From an uncultured delta proteobacterium (GTDB lineage: Bacteria > Myxococcota_A > Polyangia > Palsa-1104), in assembly GCA_963785725.1 (NCBI GenBank), contig CAWAWS010000003.1:64001-128000 (forward strand): 64,000 bases of DNA, given 5' to 3'. The notes beneath the pieces were generated by a model. It was not told where the DNA came from and made no database searches. It worked only from the letters and a program-made list of their open reading frames with translations. The position numbers were made by a program, and so were the translations under genes. Positions 32,089 to 42,385 of this stretch are shown here, piece after piece. Position 1 is the first letter of the stretch. Every line of letters starts with the position of its first letter.

Positions 32089-34526
32089 CACGCGCGGCGC
32101 CGACGACGCCCGTTGCCGCCGACGAAGCCATCCGCGCCTGGCAGCTCGACGAGCTGTTGACGACGCCGGGCCTGCGCCTCCTCTCGCTCGACTGCTTCGA
32201 TACGCTCTTGTGGCGCCAAACGGCCGAGCCGGTCGACGTCTTTTTCGACATGCAAAAGAGCGCGGCGTTCAAGGCGCGCGGCTACACGGCGCGCATGCGC
32301 GCGCTCACCGAGCAGCAAGCGCGCCAGCTGCAGCGCCTGCGCAAAGGGCGCGGCGAAGTGGCGCTGGCCGACATCTATCGCGCGGCGTTTGCCGACCTCG
32401 GCGCCGACGAATCGCGCGCGCTGGCCGCCGCCGAGCTCGAGGCCGAGAAGGCCGCGTGCTACGCCTTTCCGCCCGTCGTCGAGCTGATCCGCAAGGCCAA
32501 GCAACAGGCGCTGCGCGTCGTCATCGTCAGCGACACCTACTTCGGCGAGACCGAGCTGCGCGCGCTCTTGCAGAGCTGCCTGCCCGGCGACGTCTACGCC
32601 ATGATCGATCGCGTCTTCTGCTCGTCCGATCACGTCCGCGGCAAGACCGAAGGGCTCTTTCGCACGGTGCTCGAGCGCATGAAGGTGCCGGCGTCGGCGA
32701 CGATGCATCTCGGCGACAACCGCGCCGCCGATCTCGTCGCGCCGCGCAAGCTGGGCATGTTGGCGCGCCACTTCGTGCATCAAGGCGACAACGAGGCCGA
32801 GCTCTTGCGCTTGCAGGGCACGGCCGCGAGCATGCTCCTGCCCGAGCTGCGCGCCGTCGAGCCGATGCCGAGCCCATTTCGTCCGCTGTTGGCGCTGGCG
32901 CCGTCGACGACCGGCGGCGATTTCTTGGGTTACGCCGGCGCGGGCCCGATCTTGTACTCGTTCGCACGCTTCGTGCTCGACGAGATCGCCGCCTTGCGCG
33001 CGGCGGGCAAGCGCGTCAAGCCGCTGTTCTTGATGCGCGACGGCCATCTGCCGCAGCTCGTCTGCGACGCCGTCGCCGGCCACGGCGTCGGCCACGCCAT
33101 GGCCGTCAGCCGCCGCGTCGCCTACGCCGCCACCTTTCGCAGCGCCGCCGACATCGAGCGCTATCTGTCGCGCTTTGGCACCGCCGAGCGCGCCGACGCC
33201 ATCGCGCGCCAGCTGCTCTTGAACGAACGCGAGACGCAGGCGCTCATCGACAAGCTCGCCGGCGAGGCGCTGCCCGATCTGACGATGGCGGCGTGGCTCC
33301 TGCGACCGGCGATGGTGCAGACGATCGTCGAGCGCTCGACCGCGGCGCGGCAGCAGCTCTATCGCTACGTCGAGCGCACCTGCGGCCTCGAGGCCGGCGA
33401 CACGCTCCTGTTCGTCGATCTCGGCTACGAAGGCACGGCGCAACGGCAGCTGGAGCCGGTGTTTCGCGAGGAAAAGGGCGTCGAGATCCTCGGCCGCTAC
33501 CTCTTGTCGTCGCCCATCGCCGGCGGACAGGCGACGCGCAAAGGGCTCGTCGACGCCTCCTGGTGCGATCCGCGCGCCATCGCCACCTTGGTTCGCTACA
33601 TCGCCGTCCTCGAGAACATCTGCACCAGCGACGGCGGCAGCGTCGTCGGCTACGAAGATGACGGCACGCCCGCGACGGCGCCGGTGCTCCTCGATCGCGC
33701 CCAGCTGCACAAGCTCGTCGGCGTGCAAGCCCGCTGCGTGCAGTTCGCGCGCGACGCCGAGACGCTCTTTACGACGACCGGCAAGCGTCCGACCGTGGGC
33801 GCGCTCGGCGCCACGACCGTCGGCGCGCTCGGCCGCCTCCTGTTCTTGCCGAGCGAGACCGAGGTCGGCTTCTTGGCCGGCTTCCGCCTCGACCTGAACA
33901 TGGCCACCGACGACACGATGGCGCTGTTCGATCGCGACGCGGCGCTGGCGGGCCTGCGGCAGCGCGGCCTCTTCTTCATGGAGCAGGACTTGAAGAGCAT
34001 GCGGCTCAATTACCCGACCGAGCTGCGCGCGACGGGGATCGAGCTGTCGATGACGATGTTGGCGCAAAATCGCTACGAGCTGACCTTCTCGGCGCCCGAT
34101 TTGACGCATCGCCGGGAACGCGTCGACGTCATGCTGGCGCGCGACGGTCGCCCGGTGATGGCGCAGCTGACGGCGCCGGCGACCTATGACGGCTGCTTCG
34201 CGCTCCTCGTGCCGATGGGCAGCTGCGATCGTCAGGTCGGTCTCAGCTTCGGTCGCCAGTACGAGTGGCTGCAGCTGGAGACGGCGCAGCTGATCGCTGC
34301 CGACGAAGTCCTCGGCGATCGCGAGTCACAGCACTCCGAAGACGTGCGCGCGCAGCTGTTGCCGCAAGGCATGACCGAGCACGCGCCCGGCCTCCTGCAG
34401 TGCGCCGGGCCGGACGCGTTCCTCTTCTTCGCGCCCGAGCCGCGCAAAGGCGCGACGCGCTACGTCCTGCGCGTCGTCTTTCGCCCCATCGCCCGCCGCC
34501 GCACCGCCGTCGCCAAAGCCGCTTAG
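32085..34526 (+). CDS. HAD-superfamily hydrolase-like multidomain protein
   Basis: SLDCFDTLL (DxxDT), IVSDTY, HLGDNRAAD; second region FLMRDG and FVDLGYEGTAQ; overlaps the methyltransferase stop. Confidence 0.8.
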   Translation: MTRAAPTTPVAADEAIRAWQLDELLTTPGLRLLSLDCFDTLLWRQTAEPVDVFFDMQKSAAFKARGYTARMRALTEQQARQLQRLRKGRGEVALADIYRAAFADLGADESRALAAAELEAEKAACYAFPPVVELIRKAKQQALRVVIVSDTYFGETELRALLQSCLPGDVYAMIDRVFCSSDHVRGKTEGLFRTVLERMKVPASATMHLGDNRAADLVAPRKLGMLARHFVHQGDNEAELLRLQGTAASMLLPELRAVEPMPSPFRPLLALAPSTTGGDFLGYAGAGPILYSFARFVLDEIAALRAAGKRVKPLFLMRDGHLPQLVCDAVAGHGVGHAMAVSRRVAYAATFRSAADIERYLSRFGTAERADAIARQLLLNERETQALIDKLAGEALPDLTMAAWLLRPAMVQTIVERSTAARQQLYRYVERTCGLEAGDTLLFVDLGYEGTAQRQLEPVFREEKGVEILGRYLLSSPIAGGQATRKGLVDASWCDPRAIATLVRYIAVLENICTSDGGSVVGYEDDGTPATAPVLLDRAQLHKLVGVQARCVQFARDAETLFTTTGKRPTVGALGATTVGALGRLLFLPSETEVGFLAGFRLDLNMATDDTMALFDRDAALAGLRQRGLFFMEQDLKSMRLNYPTELRATGIELSMTMLAQNRYELTFSAPDLTHRRERVDVMLARDGRPVMAQLTAPATYDGCFALLVPMGSCDRQVGLSFGRQYEWLQLETAQLIAADEVLGDRESQHSEDVRAQLLPQGMTEHAPGLLQCAGPDAFLFFAPEPRKGATRYVLRVVFRPIARRRTAVAKAA

Positions 34527-34534
34527 CGGCGCAT

Positions 34535-36027
34535 TTACATTCCGATCTGCAAGCGCATCAGCAGCGCGATCTCCGGCAGGCGGTTGTAGCCCATCGCCGC
34601 GCCGCCGGTGAAGTCGCTGCGCTCGAACGCCCACATCAGCTTCGTGTACGGCGTCATATGCCAGTTGAGCCCGACGCCGAGCTCGCGCACGTTGCGCACG
34701 CTGACGTTGGGATCGGCGAACGTCGGAAACGCGTTGGGATCGAGCCGCAGCTCGGAGTAACGCGCCGTGAGCTCCCACGCGCCCAGATTCCACGTATGGA
34801 AATCGACCGGGTGGCGCACCGCGATGCGATCCGACGAGGCGCGCTCCATCGTCAGCACGAAGCGCGCCGTCAGGTTCCAGGCGTGATTGTCGAGCTGCGC
34901 CACCGTGTCCGCGTGCTTGACCCGCTGCGACGACAGCACATATTCGGCCAACAGCGCGAAGGGGCCGATATACCACTCGAGCTGCGGCGCCAGACGCCAG
35001 CGCAAGCCGTCCGCCAACACCGCCGGCGTGGCCGCGCTCATCGTGCTCGGAATCGCCGTCGTCGCCGCCAAATAGGTGAAGATGGGCACGAGCGACGTCG
35101 ACTTGTACGTCGGCAGCGCCGACGCCGCCGCCGTGCCTTCGGGCGTGCCGTAGCTGGCGGCGACGCCGAAGCCGAGATCGCTGATCGACGCGCGTTTCCA
35201 CGGCTTGAGCGGCCGAAAGAAGAGGCGCCCGACATAGTCCTTCGACGATTGGATGGCCGTATCGGGCCCGTTTCCCATATCGGCCGCGCCATTGACGATC
35301 GCCGCTTGGTACTCGACGGTACCACCGGCGATATCGCCCAATAACATGACGCCATAGTCACGAAAGGGGACGAGATCGGTCACGAGCGAGCGCTCGACCA
35401 GCGCGATGCCCGAGTCGCGCTCGAGAAACTCGAGGCCGATGGGCACGCGAAAGCGGCCGGCGCGAATGCGTAGCCACGGCCGCGGATGCACCTCGATATA
35501 GGCGTCGGCGACCACCGGCTGGCCCGGCGCCAGCTCCGGCATGAGCCGAAAATCGACGATGCCGAACAGCGTCCCGTCGATATAAGGGCGCGCGCGGCGA
35601 ATGAAGAACGTATCCGCCGCCGGCTGCTTGTCGCCGAAATAGACGTGCGCGTCGAAGTGGAAGACGGCGTGAAAGCGAATCTCGTTCTTGCCGTCGGCGG
35701 TGCCGAACGCGAAGCCGTCGCGACCGAAGTGAAAGCGCGGTCCGGTCGCGCCCGCGGAGTCGGGATGATCGGCGGCGGCGGCGCCTCGCGGCCCGGCGAC
35801 GGCTCCGGCAAGGGCGGCGGCCGGCGCTGCGCGTCGAGCTTGAGCTCGAGCTGCTTTTGGCGAAAGCGCAGCTCGTCGACCTCATTGCGCAGCGCCTCCG
35901 CTTCGGCGGCCGACAGCGGCGCCGGCGGCGGCGGCGGCGGTTGCGGATCCTGCGCCGCCGCGTCGCGGCCGCACATCAAGGAGCCAAACAGCACCGATAG
36001 GGCCAGAGCAATCTCGCGCGACTTCAC
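34535..36027 (-). CDS. OprO/OprP-like phosphate-selective porin (frameshift near 35700-35740)
   Basis: VADAYIE...LRIRAGRFRVPIGLE...ERSL...PFRDYG; GAWELTARYSEL; GLNWH; the signal peptide and coiled N-terminus are in ORF 35380..36057. Confidence 0.82.
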
Positions 36028-36921
36028 TGCATCGTTCCTTCCGTTTCGCGCGCGCACGCTCGCCGCGCGCCGAGAGGCACGCGCTCACGCACGTTCGCAG
36101 CAAATGGGAGAGCGCCGCGCGGCGCCACGACGGCGTCGCTCACGACTTACGCGCGTGGCCGGGGAGGCGTGTTACGCGCGTCGCTTTGGGTCCGTTCCGT
36201 TGCTCGGGCCCGCTCGCTGCCGCCGGACGGCGTAGGCGAGTGAAGGACAGGCCACGTTCGCCCTCGACAATACTACCGCGCGGAAACTAACGTCTGCATG
36301 CGGCCGTACACGCTCGTTTCGAATAGACGAATACGCATTTACGACTGCCGAATTCGCATTCGAAATGGCCCTTGCAAATATGCAACGTGGCGACTCGACT
36401 CCCACGCGTGTCCATCGCCGAGACAGGCCGCGCAGCGTCGCGATCAGGCGCGCAAACGAACGTGCACAGTCGATCGCGAAACCGTGATGCGCATTTCAAT
36501 TACGCAATTCGGCGACGACGTAGGATACGCGGTTATCGATGTCGTTCCCGCACTCCATTTAAATTGAAAATATGTCGATTATTTTTCGTCGATATCCGAT
36601 ATCGCGGACGAGAACGCGGACGCGACAGCGGCGACTCGACCGCGCGCGCCGCGCGGCTCGGCAGCCGGAAATCGCCGCGAACGCGCGGCGGCGATCGTTT
36701 CCCGCGATTCAACGATGGTGCACGCAAAGCCGGGTGCGATTCGTCAATCGTTTTCGAATCAGCTTATTTTTGTGGCGCGATCATAACGGTTTGAGCGTGC
36801 GTGCGCTGACGTCGCGAAATGATTGCTTCGTTCGGCCGTCGAATGAAGACCAAAGTAAATTCGAGGACTTCTCGTCGAATCAGCGATCGAATCGCGCGCG
36901 GAAACCGTTACGGTGCATTCC

Positions 36922-39849
36922 ATGAAATCGCCTTTCGCGCGTTGGCTTCCAGTCGCTTCATTGCTGTCGTCATCCCTCTTCGCCGCCGGCTGCGGACCGA
37001 CGGCGGCGCCTCCCGGCAACCACGATCTCGCGATGTCGGCGGCGGATATGGCGCAGGCCGCGCCCATTGGCGGCGATATGGCCGGCGCCGATATGACCGG
37101 CGCCGATATGACGCCGGGCGCGCCCGATCTGCCGGCGCCGGCGCCCAGCCTCGCGCTGTTCGCGGCGCCGACGGGCAGCGGCACCGCCTGCACGCTGGCC
37201 GCGCCCTGCAGCCTCGCCGGCGCGCAGACGGCGGCGCGCGCGCTTTCGCCGACGGCGACGACCGATCTGACGGTCTACTTACGCGGCGGCACCTATCGCC
37301 TGACGCAGCCGCTGCAGCTCGACACGAGCGACTCGGGCGTCAACGGCCATAAGGTCATTTACGCGGCCTATATGAACGAGCAGCCGATCTTGAATGGCGC
37401 GCTGCAGGTGACCGGCTTTACGCAGCTCAACGCCACGAGCAACATCTGGCGGGCGGCGGTGCCGGCGGGAACGCAGGGCCGGCAGCTCTATGTCAACGGC
37501 GTGCGCGCCGAGCGGCCGCACACGCAGCGCGGCAGCATCGCCTTTACGCCGACCGCGCACGGTCTGGCGACGCAGAGCGCGACCACGACGCCGCTCGCGT
37601 GGACGCACGCCGGCATGGAGGTCGCGCAAGACAACGCCTGGAAGCACATGCGCTGCGCCATCTCCAGCATCATCGCCACGACCGACACGACGCCGCTGTC
37701 GGGCTATCCGACGCCGTCGGCGACCGGCGTCACGCTCGTCATCGATCCGGCGTGCTGGACGAACAACGAGCTGGCCGTGCCCCATCCCGGCTATCCGTTC
37801 AACGGCGGCGGCGTGCCGCCCAGCCTCGACAACGTCTCGACGATCGAGAACGTCTACGAGCTGCTCGGCGCCAACGGCGCGACCGGCCAGTTCTACCTCG
37901 ACTCCGCCGGCGGCTTCGTCTACTACGTGCCGCGCACGGGCGAGAACATGGCCACGGCCGACGTCGAGCTGCCGATCACCGAGGCGCTCTTCACCATCAC
38001 CGGCGCGCCCGGCCATCTCGTGCCCAGCAACGACGACGACGCCCGCCTCGCCTACAACGGCAGCTGGGGCTACTACACGGTGCGTCAGCGCGGCGACGTC
38101 AACGACGACGTGCACGGCACCACCGACGGCAACGCCACGGTCGTCTTGTCGTTCACCGGCACCGGCGTCGACGTCTTGACCGAGATCGATCCCGGCGAAG
38201 GCGGCGTCACCGCCACGCTCACCAAGGTCAGCGACGGCAGCACCGTCAACTCCGCCAGCGTCACCGGCAACGGCCCGACGCTCTTGGCGCAGCAGATCCT
38301 CTACTCGGTCGGCAACTTACCGAAGGACGACTACCAGCTCACGCTGCAGAAGTCGGCCGCCGACGGGACCTGGCTCGTCATCGACGGCTTCGTCGTCACG
38401 CCCGACGTCATCGCGCCGGCGCACGACCTGGCCATTCGCGGCCTCGGCTTCGACTACGCGACCTGGCTCGCGCCTTCGACGGGCGGCTACATCGACAACC
38501 AGGCCGGCATCTTGTGGGATCCGACGACGCACGCGCCGATTCGCATTCCGGGCGCGCTGCGCGTTCATCGCGCGACCAACTTGGAGCTGTCGGGCAACAG
38601 CTTTGCGCACCTCGGCGGCGCCGGCGTCGAGCTCGCCGACGGCTCGCAGGCGTCCAAGATCGTCGGCAACCGCTTCGACGACATCTCGGGCGGCGCCATC
38701 AGCGTCGGCGAGGTCGACGACTTCTGGCTCGCCGACAGCGCCGCCGCCGGCGCCGCGCGCATGACGTCGGGCATCACCATCGACGACAACGCCGTCACCA
38801 ACACCGGCGTCGACTGGCACGATACCGTCGCCATCTGGGTCGGCAACTCGCGCACGACGACCATCGCGCACAACTTGGTCGCGCACACGTCCTACACCGG
38901 CATTTCGCTGGGCTGGGGTTGGGGCTGGTCGGCGCCGTGCAACGAGCAGAGCGCCGCCCGTCCCGACGAGCCGTGCCGCCGCGGCACCCACTACAACGGC
39001 GGCAATCAGATCCTCGACAACCGCGTCTACGACGTCATGCGTACGCTGTACGACGGCGGCCCCATCTACACGTTGGGCGAGCAGGAGGTCTTCGGCGGCG
39101 TCACGCCCACCGTCTCCGGCAACGTCATCAGCACCGCCACCAACTGCTTCCACATGATCTATCACGACGAAGGATCGAGCTATTGGCAGACCTACGACAA
39201 CGTCATCTACGACTGCGCGTGCCAGTGGCTCGGCGTGTGGGAGCCGACCGCGCACGACATCGTCGCCGGCGGCAGCGCGCCCAATTACAGCGATAACCCG
39301 CAGGCCGACTCCGACGACGGCACCAACGACACGATTGCGACGCCGACGCTGTTGCCGTTCGGCGCCTGGTCGCCGGCGGTCGAGACCATCGGCACGACGG
39401 CGGGCCTCGAGCCGGCCTACGCCGCGCTGACGCCGAAGACGACGCTGCTCAACGACAGCGACGCGGCGCTGCGCTACTCGTCGGACAGCAGCGGCCCGCA
39501 GTGGGGCGCGCTCGACTTCCGCGGCTACGGCGATTACGAAGACGACGTCCACTACGCGACCGCCAACGGCGCGGCGATGTGGATGAGCTTCAGCGGCACC
39601 GGCATCGCCGTCATCGGCGAGAAGGACGCGAGCCAAGGCACGGTCGAGATCTTCGTCGACGGCGTGTCGCAGGGCATGGTGGATACGTCGTCGAGCACGG
39701 TGCGGCAGCTGCAGCAGACGATCTTCGCGGTGCACACGCTGGCGGCGGGCACGCACACGCTGTCGGTCGTCAAGCGCAGCGGCAGCTACGCGACGATCGA
39801 CGGCATCAAGCTCGACCAAGCCGTCTCCGAAGTCACCGCCACGCCGTAA
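36922..39849 (+). CDS. Lipoprotein with right-handed parallel beta-helix (GH141-like) and two carbohydrate-binding-like inserts
   Basis: Lipobox AAGC; VYLRGGTYRL; RQLYVNG; YTGISLGWGW; DGGPIYTLG; IYHDEGSS; two ND.D..L.Y..W...DDVH modules. Confidence 0.78.
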   Translation: MKSPFARWLPVASLLSSSLFAAGCGPTAAPPGNHDLAMSAADMAQAAPIGGDMAGADMTGADMTPGAPDLPAPAPSLALFAAPTGSGTACTLAAPCSLAGAQTAARALSPTATTDLTVYLRGGTYRLTQPLQLDTSDSGVNGHKVIYAAYMNEQPILNGALQVTGFTQLNATSNIWRAAVPAGTQGRQLYVNGVRAERPHTQRGSIAFTPTAHGLATQSATTTPLAWTHAGMEVAQDNAWKHMRCAISSIIATTDTTPLSGYPTPSATGVTLVIDPACWTNNELAVPHPGYPFNGGGVPPSLDNVSTIENVYELLGANGATGQFYLDSAGGFVYYVPRTGENMATADVELPITEALFTITGAPGHLVPSNDDDARLAYNGSWGYYTVRQRGDVNDDVHGTTDGNATVVLSFTGTGVDVLTEIDPGEGGVTATLTKVSDGSTVNSASVTGNGPTLLAQQILYSVGNLPKDDYQLTLQKSAADGTWLVIDGFVVTPDVIAPAHDLAIRGLGFDYATWLAPSTGGYIDNQAGILWDPTTHAPIRIPGALRVHRATNLELSGNSFAHLGGAGVELADGSQASKIVGNRFDDISGGAISVGEVDDFWLADSAAAGAARMTSGITIDDNAVTNTGVDWHDTVAIWVGNSRTTTIAHNLVAHTSYTGISLGWGWGWSAPCNEQSAARPDEPCRRGTHYNGGNQILDNRVYDVMRTLYDGGPIYTLGEQEVFGGVTPTVSGNVISTATNCFHMIYHDEGSSYWQTYDNVIYDCACQWLGVWEPTAHDIVAGGSAPNYSDNPQADSDDGTNDTIATPTLLPFGAWSPAVETIGTTAGLEPAYAALTPKTTLLNDSDAALRYSSDSSGPQWGALDFRGYGDYEDDVHYATANGAAMWMSFSGTGIAVIGEKDASQGTVEIFVDGVSQGMVDTSSSTVRQLQQTIFAVHTLAAGTHTLSVVKRSGSYATIDGIKLDQAVSEVTATP

Positions 39850-39916
39850 TCCGCAGCCAAAGAGACTTCGAGCCGACCGACGTGGCCGGCTCGAGGTCTG
39901 ACTCAATCTTCGCCGC

Positions 39917-40672
39917 TCAGCGATCGACCAGCGACAGGGCGCGACGCACGGGCGCGCTCGAGATGTGGATCACCCCGCCGAACGGCCGCTCCAGCTCGAG
40001 CACCAAGAACAGCGCGCCCGCGAGCGACAGCGCGCTGACCAACAGCGCGACGACCACGGTGGCGTTGTGCGGCGCGAACAGGCCGAAGCTGATGAAGAGG
40101 ACGGTCGCCCAGAAGACGAGGATCACGAGGAACGGCGTCGGGATCGAGTGGCGCGTCGACTGCTCGACGAGGAGCCAGCGCGTCTGCCCGAGATCGCTCG
40201 CCAGGTCGAGCGCGCGCGACTGCAAGCGGCGCTGGACGGCGTTGGCCGGTCGCAGCAGCAGCAAGAGATCCTGCGCGCGCTGCAGGTGGACGCCCGGGTC
40301 GACGGGCGCCGCGCCGTGCGCCTCCTGCGGCCAGCGCTCGGCGAGCTTGCCCGCGATGTAGACGCGCAGCTCGTCCCGCGCCTCCGCCGTCTCGGGACCA
40401 TAGCGCAAGAGCAGCCCATCGAGCTGGATCAGGTTGGCGCACGAGTGGGTCACCTCGGTGTCGATCGCGTCGAAGCCGCTCTTGGCCGACGAGACCAACA
40501 GCCCGAGCACCAGCGCGCTCAAGGCGGCCACCGTGCCCATCGACATCTTCACGATGCGCCGCGTCTCTTCGTCGAGGTGATGCGGCGGCAGTCGGCCGCC
40601 GAGGAACATGCCGGCCAGCGCACCGCCGAACACGCAGCCAAATACGATCGCAACGACGACGACCGATGGCAT
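39917..40672 (-). CDS. DUF4239-like membrane protein
   Basis: ALSALVLGLLVSSAKSGFD; LELERPFGGVIHISSAP; four TM segments. Confidence 0.7.
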   Translation of the reverse strand: MPSVVVVAIVFGCVFGGALAGMFLGGRLPPHHLDEETRRIVKMSMGTVAALSALVLGLLVSSAKSGFDAIDTEVTHSCANLIQLDGLLLRYGPETAEARDELRVYIAGKLAERWPQEAHGAAPVDPGVHLQRAQDLLLLLRPANAVQRRLQSRALDLASDLGQTRWLLVEQSTRHSIPTPFLVILVFWATVLFISFGLFAPHNATVVVALLVSALSLAGALFLVLELERPFGGVIHISSAPVRRALSLVDR

Positions 40673-40678
40673 GATCGA

Positions 40679-42106
40679 TCAAAGGCCCACTTCGGCGGCG
40701 ACGCGACCGGATCTGACCGCCTGCGCCAGCGCCTGGTGGTCGCGCTCGTTCTGGTCGGCGTAGCGCTGCGCGAACGTCGCGACCGCCTCGTCGAAGATGT
40801 CGCGCTTGCCGAGGTAGGCGCTCATCGCGATGCGATCGCCGGAGCGGGCGTGGGCGCGCGCCAGCGTCCAGCCGCACATGCGACCGTAGGCGGCCAGCCC
40901 CGCGGCGTTCATCTTCTCGACCGCCATCGAGCCCTTCCAGTCGCGCAGCTGGCGCACGTAGAAGTCGCGCCGCACGCCGTCGAGGCCGATGGCCGTGCCC
41001 CAGCCGAGAAACATGTCGCTCGCCGCCTGCATCAGCCGCTGCCCGGAGACGACGCGCTCACCGTGGCTGGCGCAGCTGCTGGCGCCGAGGAAACGCTCGA
41101 GCACCGAAGGGTCGGCCTGTTTGGCTTGCAGGAACAGCGGCGCCTGCCAATCGACGCTCAGGAACAGTAAGATCCAACAGCGCGTCCCCACGCTGCCGAC
41201 GCCGACCACCTTGCGGGCGGCTTCGATCATGCGAAACTGCCCGAACAGCGCGCGCCGATGGCTCGCCAGGCTCGCGGAATAGGTGGCCAGCATGTCGCGG
41301 AGCGAGTCCTCGTGGCGGTGCGACATGGCGTCGCCGACGAGCTCGCGCAGCGGGATGATCAGCGGCGGGTCGCTGACGATGCGGCGATCGCCATCGACGA
41401 GCTGCGTGAGCTTGTCGAGCGCATGCGAGCTGTCGTGCTCGAAGGCCTTCTGTTGCATGCGCTCGCACACCTTCTGCTGGGGGCGCTCGAGCAGATGGTT
41501 CTCGTTGATCAGCGCCTCGACATCCAGGCGCGCATACCAGACGTCGAGGTTGGGCTTCATGGCCAGCTCGGTCGTCGCTTCTCGGTAGGCGCGCACCGTC
41601 GCCAGCACCGCCGCGCGCCGCTCTAGCGCCGACATTCCGGTCGAGCGACCGGCGATCTCGAAGCTGGCCGCCAGCCGCTTGACGTCCCATTCCCACGGTC
41701 CCGGCAGCGTCTCGTCGAAGTCGTTGAGGTCGAAGATGAGGTTGCGCTCGGGCGTGCCGAAGCAGCCGAAGTTCACCAAGTGCGCGTCGCCGCACAGCTG
41801 CACGCCCATCCCCGTGGTCGGCGTGCGCGCCAGATCCGCCGCCATCACCAGCGACGCGCCGCGAAAGAAGGCGAACGGCGACGAGAGCATGCGTCCGTTG
41901 CGCACGGGCACCAGCTCCGGCAGCCGCGTTTTCGCCTGCTCCTCGAGGAGCGCGATCGGATCGGGTCGGCCTTCGAGGCTCAGCTCCGCTTGACTGGAGC
42001 GCGGCACCTGCGCGCGCCGCGCCTTGCCCCGAGCCGCGCGTTCGGCGCGCACGCGATAGGCGACATCTTCGCGACCCGCTACATGGCCGTCGGTATGCGG
42101 TTCCAT
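40679..42106 (-). CDS. DUF2252-family protein (kinase-like fold)
   Basis: GRMLSSPFAFFRG; CGDAHLVNFG; FDLNDFDE; KVVGVGSVGTRCW; YVRQLRDWKGS; LARAHARSGD. Confidence 0.88.
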   Translation of the reverse strand: MEPHTDGHVAGREDVAYRVRAERAARGKARRAQVPRSSQAELSLEGRPDPIALLEEQAKTRLPELVPVRNGRMLSSPFAFFRGASLVMAADLARTPTTGMGVQLCGDAHLVNFGCFGTPERNLIFDLNDFDETLPGPWEWDVKRLAASFEIAGRSTGMSALERRAAVLATVRAYREATTELAMKPNLDVWYARLDVEALINENHLLERPQQKVCERMQQKAFEHDSSHALDKLTQLVDGDRRIVSDPPLIIPLRELVGDAMSHRHEDSLRDMLATYSASLASHRRALFGQFRMIEAARKVVGVGSVGTRCWILLFLSVDWQAPLFLQAKQADPSVLERFLGASSCASHGERVVSGQRLMQAASDMFLGWGTAIGLDGVRRDFYVRQLRDWKGSMAVEKMNAAGLAAYGRMCGWTLARAHARSGDRIAMSAYLGKRDIFDEAVATFAQRYADQNERDHQALAQAVRSGRVAAEVGL

Positions 42107-42385
42107 GGAGCCAACAAATGCATCCGCAGTGCCGATAGCGACGGCGGGCCGCGGACAGCCATTCGCGACTTGCCGGGGAAGTGCGGTTCGCGCGGTAGCC
42201 GTGGGCGCGTTCGCCGAGCAGCGCGGGCCTTCGATGCCGGCCGCTCGCACGGGCCGCGAGGAGGCGATCGGTCAATCCAAGCGGGAGGGATTGCGGCAGG
42301 AAGCGAGCGAACATCGAAGCGGAAGGGGAATTGAAGCCTCGGCGCGTTTGCGGCTGTCGTGTCTGCCGGCGACGTTCGCGGAGCG

